From contig NIVC01002823.1 of assembly GCA_002269645.1 (NCBI GenBank), positions 62,001 through 126,000 on the forward strand: 64,000 nt of DNA, written 5' to 3'. A program made the translations under genes and the position numbers. Below are positions 40,223 through 52,194 of this stretch, in pieces (the stretch's first letter is position 1; the number at the start of each line of letters is the position of its first letter). Origin of the DNA: Macrostomum lignano (taxonomy: Eukaryota). Under the pieces are notes generated by a model that did not search any database, was not told the DNA's origin, and saw only the letters and a list, made by a program, of their open reading frames with translations.

Positions 40223-42097
40223 GCCATCTGTGTTGAGCGGCTGGTGCTGGATCTGCTTGGCTACCAGTGGACGGGCTGCATCTTCGACTTCGCCACTCTC
40301 CTCAGCTGCCTGTTCGCCGTGGCAGCCGTCTGCCAGCTGCGGCCGGGCTTCTGCTACGCTGTTGGCGCCTGGCTGCTGGCCTGGCTCGGCTGGAACGCCT
40401 TCCTGATCTGCTTCTACCTGGACGTCGACGGCCTGCAGGAGCGGGCGGCCAGCGTGCTGCACTGGGGCACTGGCAAGACCAGCTACTGGCGAAAGCTGCT
40501 GATTGGCTGCTCAGATTATCGGCTGCAGCTGCGGCTTCCGGTTGCGTTGCTAGGCAACCAGAATAACGGCACAGATAGTTCCGCTTTGTGGTGCCTGGTG
40601 GATTATCGAACAGCCGAGCTGCTGCACTGCGCAGCGGGGGGCGGCGCCGCCCTGCTCAGCATCCTGCTGCTCTGCTGCCTCGCCTGCCAGCTGCGCGAGG
40701 AGCTGCGCAAATTCGAACGGCCCGGCGGCCCCGCCTCCGCCTACCTGCCCGTGTCGGCCAACTCCAGCTTTGTGAAGATCCGGCCAGGCCGCCGGATGAT
40801 GCGCCGGCCCGGCGACCACCCCGAGGCCAGCCTGTCCGACGCCGCCGCGGCCGCGGCTGCCGCCAGCTACGCCGACAATTCGCTGGGCCGCCGCTCGGCC
40901 GGCAGTCGTCGGAGCAGCGTCATGCGCGACCCCCTGCCCTGGGTTGAGCTTCAGGTGACCGGCGCGCCGCCGCAACAGCAGCAGCCGCCGCCACTGCGAG
41001 TCAACAGCGACGAGGGAGAGGCCAGCGAGTTCATCGACGACGCCCGGCCGCCGCCCTACACGGCCGGGTCCAATTACCCGCGGCACCGGCCGCCGCAGCA
41101 GCAGGCGAGAAGGCGGCACCGCAGCGCCGGCAGCAGCGGCCGCAAGCGCAAAAGTCGCAGGCGGGCAGCGGCGGCTCCTCAAGCGGCGCCAACTGGCGCT
41201 GGCGCCGCCGTTAGTCTCACCGCTGCGTCGATTCCTCGGCCATCGTCGGCTATTGGTTTCCATGACAACCTGGCCTACGCTAGGGACGATGAACTAGATG
41301 ATCCACCGCCGCCTCCTCCGCCGCCTGTTCAGCAGCTGCCGAAGCTGCCACAGTTCAATCCGACAGCCGGCGGCGGCGGAGTCGTGAACCGGACCTTCCG
41401 CCTGTCCTCCGAGTCCGTGCCTGGCGGCCCAGCCACGCCCTACGCGTCTGGCGCCGCTCCGATCTTCCGGCAGCAGCAGCAGCCGCCGTTTGCCCAGCTG
41501 GGCGATGACGAAGAATTTCCGCCGCCTCCGTCTCCGGCGCTGTTCCAGCCGCCGGTGTCTCAGCCGCCCCCGCCGCCGACTCAGCAGCAGCAACAGCAGC
41601 AGCCAACTGGGACTTCGGCTCAGCAGCGGCTGTTCAGCCCTCAGCAGCAGCAGCAGCACAGCATTCACAGGCCATTGCGCAATCAGCAGCCCGCCGCCGC
41701 CGCTGTTTCGAGTTCCCGCAGTCGAGCTCCCATCTCACCCGATGCAGCGTTTTCAGGCCTCGACCAGCTTGACGGCGGCGACGCCAGGCTGAGCACCCGC
41801 GGCCAGCAGCAGCCGCCGCCGCACCTCAGCCGCTCCTCTGCCGAGCAGAAGCCAATCTTTGTCAGCACGAGAAGCGAGGCGGCCGCGGCTGCGGCTGTTG
41901 CGGCTGCTGCCGCTTCGGCATCTTCCACTGCCGCAGTTGGCGGGCCAGCCTTTGGTCACGTGACCTCGCCTCGGGCCAGCCTGCCTCGCCATCCGTCATA
42001 TCGAAGCGCCACGTCTCCAGGAGTCGGAGGCGGCGGCGGCGGAGGAGATGCAGGAGTTTTTATCGGAGGCGTTCACGGCAGCTCTGTGCTCATCTGA
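40223..42097 (+). CDS. NKAIN: Na+/K+-ATPase beta-interacting (NKAIN) protein, exon 2, with a long P/Q/A-rich C-terminal tail
   Basis: Acceptor cccag|GCC. VERLVLDLLGYQW, WNAFLICFYLDVDGL, SYWRKLLIGC and CLVDY..ELLH resemble remembered NKAIN motifs (ERQIFDFLGYQW, WNVFIICFYLEVGGL). Confidence 0.88.
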   Translation, partial: AICVERLVLDLLGYQWTGCIFDFATLLSCLFAVAAVCQLRPGFCYAVGAWLLAWLGWNAFLICFYLDVDGLQERAASVLHWGTGKTSYWRKLLIGCSDYRLQLRLPVALLGNQNNGTDSSALWCLVDYRTAELLHCAAGGGAALLSILLLCCLACQLREELRKFERPGGPASAYLPVSANSSFVKIRPGRRMMRRPGDHPEASLSDAAAAAAAASYADNSLGRRSAGSRRSSVMRDPLPWVELQVTGAPPQQQQPPPLRVNSDEGEASEFIDDARPPPYTAGSNYPRHRPPQQQARRRHRSAGSSGRKRKSRRRAAAAPQAAPTGAGAAVSLTAASIPRPSSAIGFHDNLAYARDDELDDPPPPPPPPVQQLPKLPQFNPTAGGGGVVNRTFRLSSESVPGGPATPYASGAAPIFRQQQQPPFAQLGDDEEFPPPPSPALFQPPVSQPPPPPTQQQQQQQPTGTSAQQRLFSPQQQQQHSIHRPLRNQQPAAAAVSSSRSRAPISPDAAFSGLDQLDGGDARLSTRGQQQPPPHLSRSSAEQKPIFVSTRSEAAAAAAVAAAAASASSTAAVGGPAFGHVTSPRASLPRHPSYRSATSPGVGGGGGGGDAGVFIGGVHGSSVLI

Positions 42098-43350
42098 GCC
42101 GCCCTAGCAACCAAATCTTGCCAGTGATTGCTTGTTTAACAATTACTAGCTACTACCCTGACAAGTAGTTTGTGCGGACATGTAACTCGCATCATTTTTA
42201 GAGTTTTCAAATGCCTCCCGCTTTTACGCGTGGTGCCTTGTTGGAAATGAATTTACATGTCTTAGTGTACTTTTATAAAACCTTTGTACATTACTTATTT
42301 CACCTACTGTACATACTTGTACCTGTATAAACACATGTAAAGTGCAGCCAACTTGTGTCTGCAATCGAATTCTTATATATTGTTCCAGGAATGTGATATT
42401 ATTACATTTGGATTTTAAGTGGCTTTTTTATCTTTACGCGATGTTTTTCAAAGCAATTTTCAGGGTCTAATTGAATATTTTGACATATAGACATGCGCTA
42501 ATGTTGCTACTTTGGTGAGTAGTGTGCTGGATATTGTTGGACATTCTTTGCGATATAAAATTTTAGTTTTTATTCATTGGTTATGAAGACGAATTGATAT
42601 TTATAGTAGATGATGATTGCAACCTGTAGTTCTACTGCACCAAATGTTTTATATATTAAACTATACATATCTGTGCACTTTACTCTGCCAAGACTGTTGA
42701 ACACTGAACTGCAATTTCTTATTTTGTAAATCTAATACGTATGTTACTGTATTAAATATATTAAACATGCTCGTATCTTCAATTTTCGGATTCCTCAAAT
42801 TTCTGCAGTAATTTTCTCACTTTCTTTTATTTTGTGGCAAAAATGCGTTTTTTCTACTAGCAGTTTTCTAATGAGTAGTACGATGACGATTTTAAAAATA
42901 CTTTTATCCGCGCTAACCTTAATGATGCCATTGCATCAAACCTGTGCTAATTTGCTGCTCTGTCTGAGTCTGTCTGTTTTGTTCTGTTTTCCTGGCGGGC
43001 TGGACGTAGGGCGTGCGTGCTTTTGAGACAATTTCCACGTGTTGCATCACCGCCCCATTCTCGGCTCCCAGGCCCTGGGGCTTCTCGGTGGCAAGCATTC
43101 GGTGTCGCTGCATGTCTTCGAGTTGCGTTGCTAACGAGCCATAAATTGCGACTGAATAGCCAACTGTTGCGTAATCGCTCAGGACTGTTTGCTGAGCTGC
43201 CCGCCCACCGCATGCGGCTCGGGCCCACCGCTGCTCACCGTGCAGAAAATGCTCAACATGAATGTATTGCATGAACAAGCGCTTGGTTGCAATGAAAATT
43301 GTTCAAGTTTCATCTCTGCTTTTCCAGGAGAATGCTCGATCTTCTAGCCC

Positions 43351-43435
<85 letters not shown>

Positions 43436-43437
43436 TA

Positions 43438-43493
<56 letters not shown>

Positions 43494-43507
43494 TAGTGTC
43501 TGTCTGT
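43351..43507. repeat. (TCTG)n microsatellite with TTAG interruptions
   Basis: Direct observation. Confidence 0.97.
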
Positions 43508-44591
43508 TTTCAACGCAGATTTCAGCTATAATAAATCAGAAAACCGAAGCAGTTGAGCAGAGGTCTGCTCCATCTGGCCAGCCCCAAGCATTGCCCAGAG
43601 CGCCCCAAAAAAGCAGCACTGATCCCCTCACTTTACTCTGTTGTGCCGTAGAATATTTGCCGCTCTTACCTGCAGAAAGAGGGGGAGGGCGCTACGCCTT
43701 CACGCACCGGTGACGCCCACGCAGGCGCGAGCGCGCATCTCTGCGTGTTGCTGTGCCTGAAGATTTCTATTTTTAAGTTTCTCTTCCATCCAGGGAGTCC
43801 TACTGAGTGAGGCGGAGTCTGGAGCGGGAAGAGCTCGCTTGATTTCGTCGTTTTTTTCTTTGAACGTCTCGGCTCATTCGCGAACTTTGAAGCGCATAAC
43901 TTCACGCGATACTTTTTATCTGACTGTCTCCTGTTCGTAAAATGAAAAACTTCATTTGGAATCAAGTTGAGTTTCAGTCCAGTTGTCTAGTAACAGCTGT
44001 CCATGACTATTTTGAACAAGCAGAAGCAGAGATGGGTAAGGGCAGAAGAAGAAAATTTTGGGAAAGGGCCGGTGCCGCAGGTCCCGCCTCGTGCCGCCGG
44101 CCCACACCCCCAGGCCCCCAAGACTGTTTGCTCAAAACTTTCACTTTCATAACTGGAGCCCTCGGCACTCTGCGGCCGTTACTGAGGTTGGCTTCTATTG
44201 CAACTGCTATGGGGCATTCAGTCTATTGAAGAAAGCGGATTTCGTCTGCAGGCAGAGAAGTTCCCTGTTGAAACTATTTCTAAAGAAAATCAATGGTCAG
44301 CCATAGGGTAGCCTGGGGTGAAACTTGGGTTTGGCAACCGCAGATGCGTTCGTGCCAATGCATTCATTATTCAATAGCTTTTTAGGGCAGGTGTGCTCAG
44401 CTAAACGGCGTGAATCTGAGTGGACACACAAGAGAGAACTCAAGTCTGCATTCAATTATTTAACGGACTCAACTGGTCGGGTGTTTGCACGCTATGCTTG
44501 GAGTTCGTCTGGTGATTGCCTGAAACTCTTGCGAAGCGTTGTGAGTTTGTTGCCTGTCTGAGCTCACGGGTTTTTTAAGGAGTTTGCCATT

Positions 44592-44960
44592 CATAAAATC
44601 ACCTGAGTCAACGGGTTAGTGATGAGGTTGTCACTCATAAAATCACCTGAGTCAACGGGTTAGTGATGAGGTTGTCACCCATAAAATCACCTGAGTCAAC
44701 GGGTTAGTGATGAGGTTGTCACCCATAAAATCACCTGAGTCAACGGGTTAGTGATGAGGTTGTCACCCATAAAATCACCTGAGTCAACGGGTTAGTGATG
44801 AGGTTGTCACCCATAAAATCACCTGAGTCAAACGGGTTAATGATGAGGTTGTCACCCATAAAATCACCTGAGTCAAACGGGTTAATGATGAGGTTGTCAC
44901 CCATAAAATCACCTGAGTCAAATGGGTTAATGATGAGGTTGTCACCCATAAAATCACCTG
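44592..44960. repeat. 44/45-bp minisatellite, about 8.4 copies, each full unit with CACCTG and TGAGTCA
   Basis: Unit cataaaatcacctgagtcaacgggttagtgatgaggttgtcacc. Confidence 0.97.
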
Positions 44961-45744
44961 TATCTTATCTATTTATTGCTTTAGTGGTACAACTCTCAAA
45001 ATTGTCACAATAAAAGATGTAAAAGAAGACTTTGAGCTGCCAAGCAATACAGGTGTGAATAAGTTTTCACTGGACGAACCTTGCAGCTAATGAAGAGGTG
45101 CAATTATTGCTTTTCCGGTCTTCAGCCCCCCCCCCCAGCCACAGTGCAGGTGAAGCTCAGTTGAGGTCCGCAGAAACTGCATGGTGAGTTCTGTGAGCTG
45201 CTGCTGAGATGAAGCGGGGAGTTGGGGGCGGTGGGGGCGGCTGCAGGTCTCTGACTGACTGCAGAGCAGTGCCTTGCACAGAATGAAATAAATATTCTTA
45301 GGAAGGGCGACAGTTCAGCTGAGACTCTCCCGCTCTCGCCTTTGCCGTTCAGAAGATAAAAAAGCAGAGTAGGCCCAAGTTCGGGCTCAGCTGCAACTCA
45401 GCTGTACATTATCTCAGAATTATTTGCCGCAGAGCCGTGCGAGCTTCGCCTGTCCAAATTCGGACTTGTTCGAGATTCAGCTGCTCACTGGGCTCGGTTT
45501 TGGACCCGTCTGCCCTGCCAGACTGGCCCCCTATTGGTCCTGAGCAGGGCAAGGCCTGAGCACTGAGACAGCTGCCCAGGGGGTCAGTGTGTGAATGGGT
45601 GAGGCAGGCCTGTGTTTTAAATAAATTGCCTGCAGACCGGACCCCCCACCCCAGCACTCTTGAAATTCTACTTCGCATTTCTCTCGCTTTGCATTTCGTT
45701 TTGTCTTGGAATCGAGCTCGGGCAGTTGCAGCCAACATGCGGCC

Positions 45745-46582
45745 ATGGCGCAGATGAGGCTGTCCAGACTCCTCAACTTCATCCTCGTCAGTTTGCAAAT
45801 CTTCATCGCCACCGAGCCGCGCAGAGCTGCCGCATTTGCCGCCATCGGAGAGGGTGTCGAGGCCGGATTTCCGGCGGGCAGCGGCAGCACCGGCCGGTTT
45901 TTCGTCGGCGACGACCTGCTGTTCGAATGCCGAGCCTTCGGCGTCATCAACGGCCTGGCGGTGCGCCTCTTCTGCCCGCTGACTCGCCTGCCCGATGGCG
46001 GCAGCGGTGGCGGAAGCTCAATCGCCTGCTTCGAGGACTGCAGCAAGCCGCTGTGCGCCAGCGCCGGCAGCCTGGAGGCCTGCCGACAGCGGGTGCCCGA
46101 ACTGGCCGATGCCGTCTGCAGCATCGACCGGAGGCCGGCGGCGTCCGGCGCTGCCCACCTGTCCGAAGTTGTGCTGACGTACCGGTTCCGGAATGCCAGC
46201 AGGCGGCTGGACGGCAGCTTCGCCTGCCAGTACAAGCAGATGCGCTCGCAGTACGCCATCAGCGTGTCCGAGCCCACCACTTCGACGTCTACATCAACGA
46301 CGACAACGTCCACGACAACGACTACGACAACCACAACGACAAAAACGCCGACTACGACTACAGTAGTTCCGTCGTCGACATCGGCAGCCGCGACGACAAC
46401 AGCGGCAGCAGTGAAGACAGCGCAGCCTGAGACAAGCCCCGCGGCCAAGGCCAAGCCAGGTGCTGAGGCCGCGTCATCAACTAAACAGTCTGCTTCTACT
46501 GCTTCTTCTACTACTGCCCGTACTACTGATTCAAAAGCAGCGCCTACGACAACCGCTGTGCCTGCAGTTGGCGTCTATATTC
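45745..46582 (+). CDS. Type I membrane protein, coding exon 1: signal peptide, Cys-containing Ig-like domain, Thr-rich stalk
   Basis: gccATGG start; hydrophobic LLNFILVSLQIFIA; LLFEC ... DGSFACQY (Ig-like D-G-x-F/Y-x-C); poly-T/S/A stalk; donor ATTC|gtgagc, phase 1. Confidence 0.8.
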
Positions 46583-46635
46583 GTGAGCGGAAATTGTTTG
46601 AAAATTTAAATTTTTTTGAAGTATTTTAATTGAAG

Positions 46636-47775
46636 AGTGTAGAAAAGGGAATGGAGAAGGGGAGCTAGGGAAGGAGGGAAGAAGGAAAGAGGGGATAAGG
46701 AGAGAGTGGAGAAGGGGAGATAGGGAAGGAAGGGAGATGGAGAGAGGGGAGGAGGAGAGAGGGGAGAAGAAGAGAGTGGAGAAGGGGAGATAGGGAAGGA
46801 TGGGAGAAGGAGAGGGGGGAGAAGGAGAGAGGGGAGATGGAGAGAGGGGAGAAGGAGAGGGGGAGAAGAAGAGAGTGGAGAAGGGGAGATAGGGAAGGAT
46901 GGGATAAGAAGAGAGGGGAGATGGAGAGAGGGGAGAAGGAGAGGGGGGAGAAGAAGAGAGTGGAGAAGGGGAGATAGGGAAGGATGGGAGAAGGAGAGGG
47001 GGGAGAAGGAGAGAGGGGAGATGGAGAGAGGGGAGAAGGAGAGGGGGGAGAAGAAGAGAGTGGAGAAGGGGAGGTAGGGAAGGATGGGAGAAGGAGAGGG
47101 GGGATAAGGAGAGAGGGGAGAAGGAGAGAGGGGAGAGAGGGGAGGAGTAGAGGGGAGGAGGAGAGAGGGGAGAAGGAGAGAGGGGAGAGAGGGGAGGAGG
47201 AGAGAGGGGAGGAGGAGAGAGGGGAGAAGGAGAGAGGGGAGAGAGGGGAGGAGGAGAGAGGGGAGGAGGAGAGAGGGGAGAAGGAGAGAGGGGAGAGAGG
47301 GGAGGAGGAGAGAGGGGAGGAGGAGAGAGGGGAGAAGGAGAGAGGGGAGAGAGGGGAGGAGGAGAGAGGGGAGGAGGAGAGAGGGGAGAAGGAGAGAGGG
47401 GAGAGAGGGGAGGAGGAGAGAGGGGAGGAGGAGAGAGGGGATAAGGAGAGAGGGGAGAAGGAGAGAGGGGAGAGAGGGGAGGAGGAGAGAGGGGAGAAGG
47501 AGAGAGGGGAGAGAGGGGAGGAGGAGAGAGGGGAGGAGGAGAGAGGGAGAAGGAGAGAGGGGAGAAGGAGAGAGGGGAGAGAGGGGAGGAGGAGAGAGGG
47601 GAGAAGGAGAGAGGGGAGAGAGGGGAGGAGGAGAGAGGGGAGGAGGAGAGAGGGGAGAAGGAGAGAGGGGAGAAGGAGAGAGGGGAGGAGGAGAGAGGGG
47701 AGGAGGAGAGAGGGGAGAAGGAGAGAGGGGAGAAGGAGAGAGGGGAGGAGGAGAGAGGGGAGAGAGGGGAGAGAG
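46636..47775. repeat. About 1.1-kb polypurine (G/A) low-complexity repeat in intron 1
   Basis: Units such as ggagagaggggagaa and ggagagaggggagga; almost no pyrimidines on the + strand. Confidence 0.97.
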
Positions 47776-48569
47776 AGCGGATGGAGAATGAGAAATAAAG
47801 GGAAAGGGGAGAGCAGCCCCAGACGGGCTAGAAGCAGGCAGCACAGCAGAGAGGATCAGGCAAAGTGTGACACAGGAACGGATCAATTCAAGAGGCTGCT
47901 GAAACAGAGAAGAGAGAGCCCAGTGGAAGAAGGTTTTGCCACTTCAGCAATCGGACTCAGCCCTTTTACTTGGCTCTTGAGCATTCCTTTCCACTCAGAG
48001 GTGTCAAGTGCTCAGCTCTTCAATCCACACTGCAGCTTTGGGTGTCACGAACCGTCGCATTAAGGATCTGGGAGCAGCTTCGTCCAGTCTTCGGTCCCCT
48101 CACTCTCGAATCGCAGTCAGTTTGGCACTTCTCCAATTCTCGCCTAACAATTAAGCATGCCTTGCCTTAACCCCAAGTCGCCATGCGCGCAAGCTGCTCT
48201 GATATGGCTTGGCGGCTTCGGCTTGGCGGCATTTTATCTCAGATCTCGACGAAAATCTGTTTGGATCTGCTGTGCCCAAGTTATAATAAGTTGTTTCTGA
48301 TAAGTGGAGTGCATTTTCAAACCTATAGTTTATTGCCCGAACCTGAGCAGGTCGCAACACGCCGATCCATGCCGTCATCTCGGACACAGCAACCGGACAA
48401 GCGACTTCGGCCACAGTTACTGACTGGTTCGACACTGAGATCAGTGAGTTTCTCCTCTTCGGGCTCATTCAGTCTCGGCGCGTCCAACTGTAGTTTAAGA
48501 AATAGATTTCTTCAATAGCAATGCCACGCTTTTTATTTGTTTTTTGTTGTCAATTTCTTGAATTTCCAG

Positions 48570-48686
48570 TCGCTTCGCTAAAGAACGGACACGTGCTCAT
48601 AGCCGGCTTGGTGCTGCTCATTCTCCTGATCATCACCCTGGCTGTGTCCCTCATCTGCTGGAGGCGCTGCTTCAGCTCTAACGCGG
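48570..48686 (+). CDS. Type I membrane protein, coding exon 2: transmembrane helix
   Basis: Acceptor ttccag|TC (phase 1); ASLKNGHVLIAGLVLLILLIITLAVSLICWRRCFSSNA; donor G|gtgagt. Confidence 0.88.
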
Positions 48687-48687
48687 G

Positions 48688-49336
<649 letters not shown>

Positions 49337-49363
49337 AGCTAGTCTCTTTACATATCCCGTCAG

Positions 49364-50502
49364 CTACATCCCGAAACTCAAAACGCCACTACAAAGGTGG
49401 TGGCAGGAGCCGCAGTCGGTATCGACCGCCGCCGCAGGGTCGCGCCTCTGCCCATGGCTCCGTGGACGGCGACACGGCCGACCTGCTACTCCTGCAGAGC
49501 CGCTACAGCAGGCCGCCGCCGCTGCTGCCGGTCTCGCGGTCCCGCAGCGGCTCCCGACCCGGAAGCGCCCACTCGTTCGTCAGCTCGCCGATTTACAACG
49601 AGCCGGATGTGGCAGCGTCCGCAGCCGCCGCCGCAGCTGCCGCAGCCTCCAACGGCGACTCCGCGTCCTCCGATTACTACGCCCGGCCGGGCCCGACCGC
49701 TCCTCCCCCGGCTGGGGGATTTTTCTCCCGATCCCAGGACGGCCGGCACTCGTTTCACAGCGTCGGACAGCCGGCAAGCCGGCACCGGGTCAATGGAAGA
49801 AGCGGCGGTGGCCACGGCGGCGGCGGCGCTGGCGGCAGCTCCGAGCTGCTCAGCGGAAGTCGAGGCGGCTACGGCGAGGCAACCGTCGGCATCAGCGTCG
49901 GCGGCTACGGCTACGGGGATGCCGCTGCCGCTGAGGGCGCCGACCCGCAGAGCGTGAGGGAGATGGTCCGCCTGCTGACCGAGCAGGGCCGCGAGCTTCA
50001 GCAGCTCAGCAAGCAGGTGCGGGCGTCCCAGCAGGCGCTCAGCCGGCTGGCCGCTTCCTACCACGACCTGCACCGCAGCGTCAGCATGTCCCGCGTGCGC
50101 CACCCCAGCAGCAGCCCCCGCCACTCGCCCATCGGCGGTCGCCAGTCCGGCTCCGTCACTGGCGGAGCCTCGTCCTCGGTAGCGACGCCCGACTCCACGG
50201 AGGATCCGTACGACGCCGAGGTTACCGAACTGCTGCCATCGGCTGCCCAAATTTCGGCGGCCACGGAGTCCATGACAGCGGAGGCTGCAGCTCTGGGCGA
50301 CCTGGGGGAGCCGCTCGGTGGCGACAGTCCGGGAGGCGACGTCGACTCGACCGACGGTCTGGCGTCGTCGGCCTCCGGGCGGGCATCCACCGCTGCCAGT
50401 GGCCTGGGCTTCGTTGAGACCATCAATGAAGAGCTGGAAGCCGAGGACGCGACTTTGAAGCCCAACAAGCAGCAAAATCAGCAGCAGCAGCAGCAGCCAT
50501 AA
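49364..50502 (+). CDS. Type I membrane protein, coding exon 3: cytoplasmic tail with a predicted coiled coil
   Basis: Acceptor cgtcag|CT (phase 1) opens in the frame of ORF 49462-50502: TSRNSKRHYKGGGRSRSRYRPPP...VREMVRLLTEQGRELQQLSKQVRASQQALSRL. Confidence 0.82.
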
Positions 50503-50558
50503 CGGTTGCCATGGAAACTGATCAGAGGACAACTGGACTAAAAATTCTGTCAAAAATA

Positions 50559-51015
50559 GACACTCTCAGCTGCTGACAATAGCCACTCCCAGCTGCTGAC
50601 AAGAGATACTCCCAGCTGCTGACAATAGGCACTCCCAGCTGCTGACAATAGGCACTCCCAGCTGCTGACAATAGCCACTCCCAGCTGCTGACAATAGCCA
50701 CTCCCCAGCTGCTGACAAGAGATACTCCCAGCTGCTGACAATAGGCACTCCCAGCTGCTGACAATAGCCACTCCCAGCTGCTGACAAGAGATACTCCCAG
50801 CTGCTGACAATATGCACTCCCAGCTGCTGACAATAGGCACTCCCAGCTGCTGACAATAGCCACTCCCAGCTGCTGACAAGAGACACTCCCAGCTGCTGAC
50901 AATAGCCACTCCCAGCTGCTGACAAGAGACATTCCCAGCTGCTGACAATAGGCACTCCCAGCTGCTGACAATAGACACTCCCAGATGCTGATAAGAGACA
51001 CTCCCAGCTGCTGAC
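50559..51015. repeat. About 23-bp minisatellite, about 19 copies, just 3' of the stop codon
   Basis: Unit actcccagctgctgacaatagcc and variants. Confidence 0.97.
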
Positions 51016-52147
51016 AGAAAGCACTTCTCCACAGACATTTTCCAATCAATCTTTCATGAGATTTTAGAAGCCACTAAATGGCCGAATATCTGGTGGCCAA
51101 TTTGTGCAATTTTCTGCTTTTGCAAAAGAACAGAATGAACTTCTGAACTGCTACATGTATCACAGGTTCCAGAAGACTACTATTGACTTTGATTTGGAAT
51201 TCTTGTCCCGGTTGCTTTCGCTCGGGAATGTGAGACATGCGAACAATGTACTTTTAATTAGTTGCCTTGTTGCAAGCATATTATCTCCATTACGTCTTTC
51301 TCTGGTTCATTAACTAATCTTTTTTGCGTGTTAAATAATGTCTCTTATGCGCTTATGTTTGTGAAGACTGCTTTAAAAGTCCACAAAATATTTATTAAAC
51401 TCCTTTCCCTGTTCATTGTGCTGTGCAACTGTACGCTATGATCTCCTGCACTGATGTTTTCTGTTTATTTCATTTTTACCTCACTTCAAGTTCTGCGGGC
51501 AATAAATCGGCTGTCGGACAGTACAATCGATGTGATAATATTAGCACTAACTGGGTTGAAGATTAACTATACTGTAATCATGTAAGTTCGTCAATTCACT
51601 ATTTTGTTAATATCGAGTACTTTATTGAATTCACTAATGGACATGGTAAGCTAGTTGCATGTGATAAAAATAAAAATGCAAACTACTCCATTTTCGAGAA
51701 TAATTGCATGCGAGTATAAAACTTATTGCATTGTTTGCATTGCTCTTCGCGATAGCGTCATGGCCATTTATAGAGCACAGCAGCACAATAGTGCAATTGC
51801 GAAGAAAAACAATTCATCTTTACTTTTCATAAGCATTTGAAGCAGTTTTTGTACTATAAGTAGAAACACAAGCATTTTAATGGAATTATTTAATCGAAAC
51901 TGCAAAAGACAAAAAAATCTGAGGAACCAGCGTCTTGTAAAATGGCAAAAAAAATATGTATATTTGAGAAAACTATTTTACATCATGGTACTGTTGGAAG
52001 CAGGCAACTATTTCGCAAATCACCTGTTCATTAAATGTCCCGATTACAAAAGTTCAGCGTCCGAGGCAGCTTAGCACCGAAAAAAAGCGAATTTGTTAAT
52101 TGTTATTTGTTAATCCGTAAGAAAGGATTTTCAGGTAGTTAACAGAG

Positions 52148-52194
52148 CTACAGCCTTGTACTTTGACGGACTCGATCTAGCCGTTTGAAAGGCT
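52148..52194 (-). CDS. Displaced original C-terminus of the interrupted host gene (PFKRLDRVRQSTRL*), including the TSD copy
   Basis: Removing 52195-54407 plus one TSD copy restores ...QQQPFKRLDRVRQSTRL-TAG in frame. Confidence 0.75.

Noticed and set aside
46606-48063. 426-aa and 359-aa low-complexity ORFs
   Set aside because: Translations of the intronic polypurine tract.
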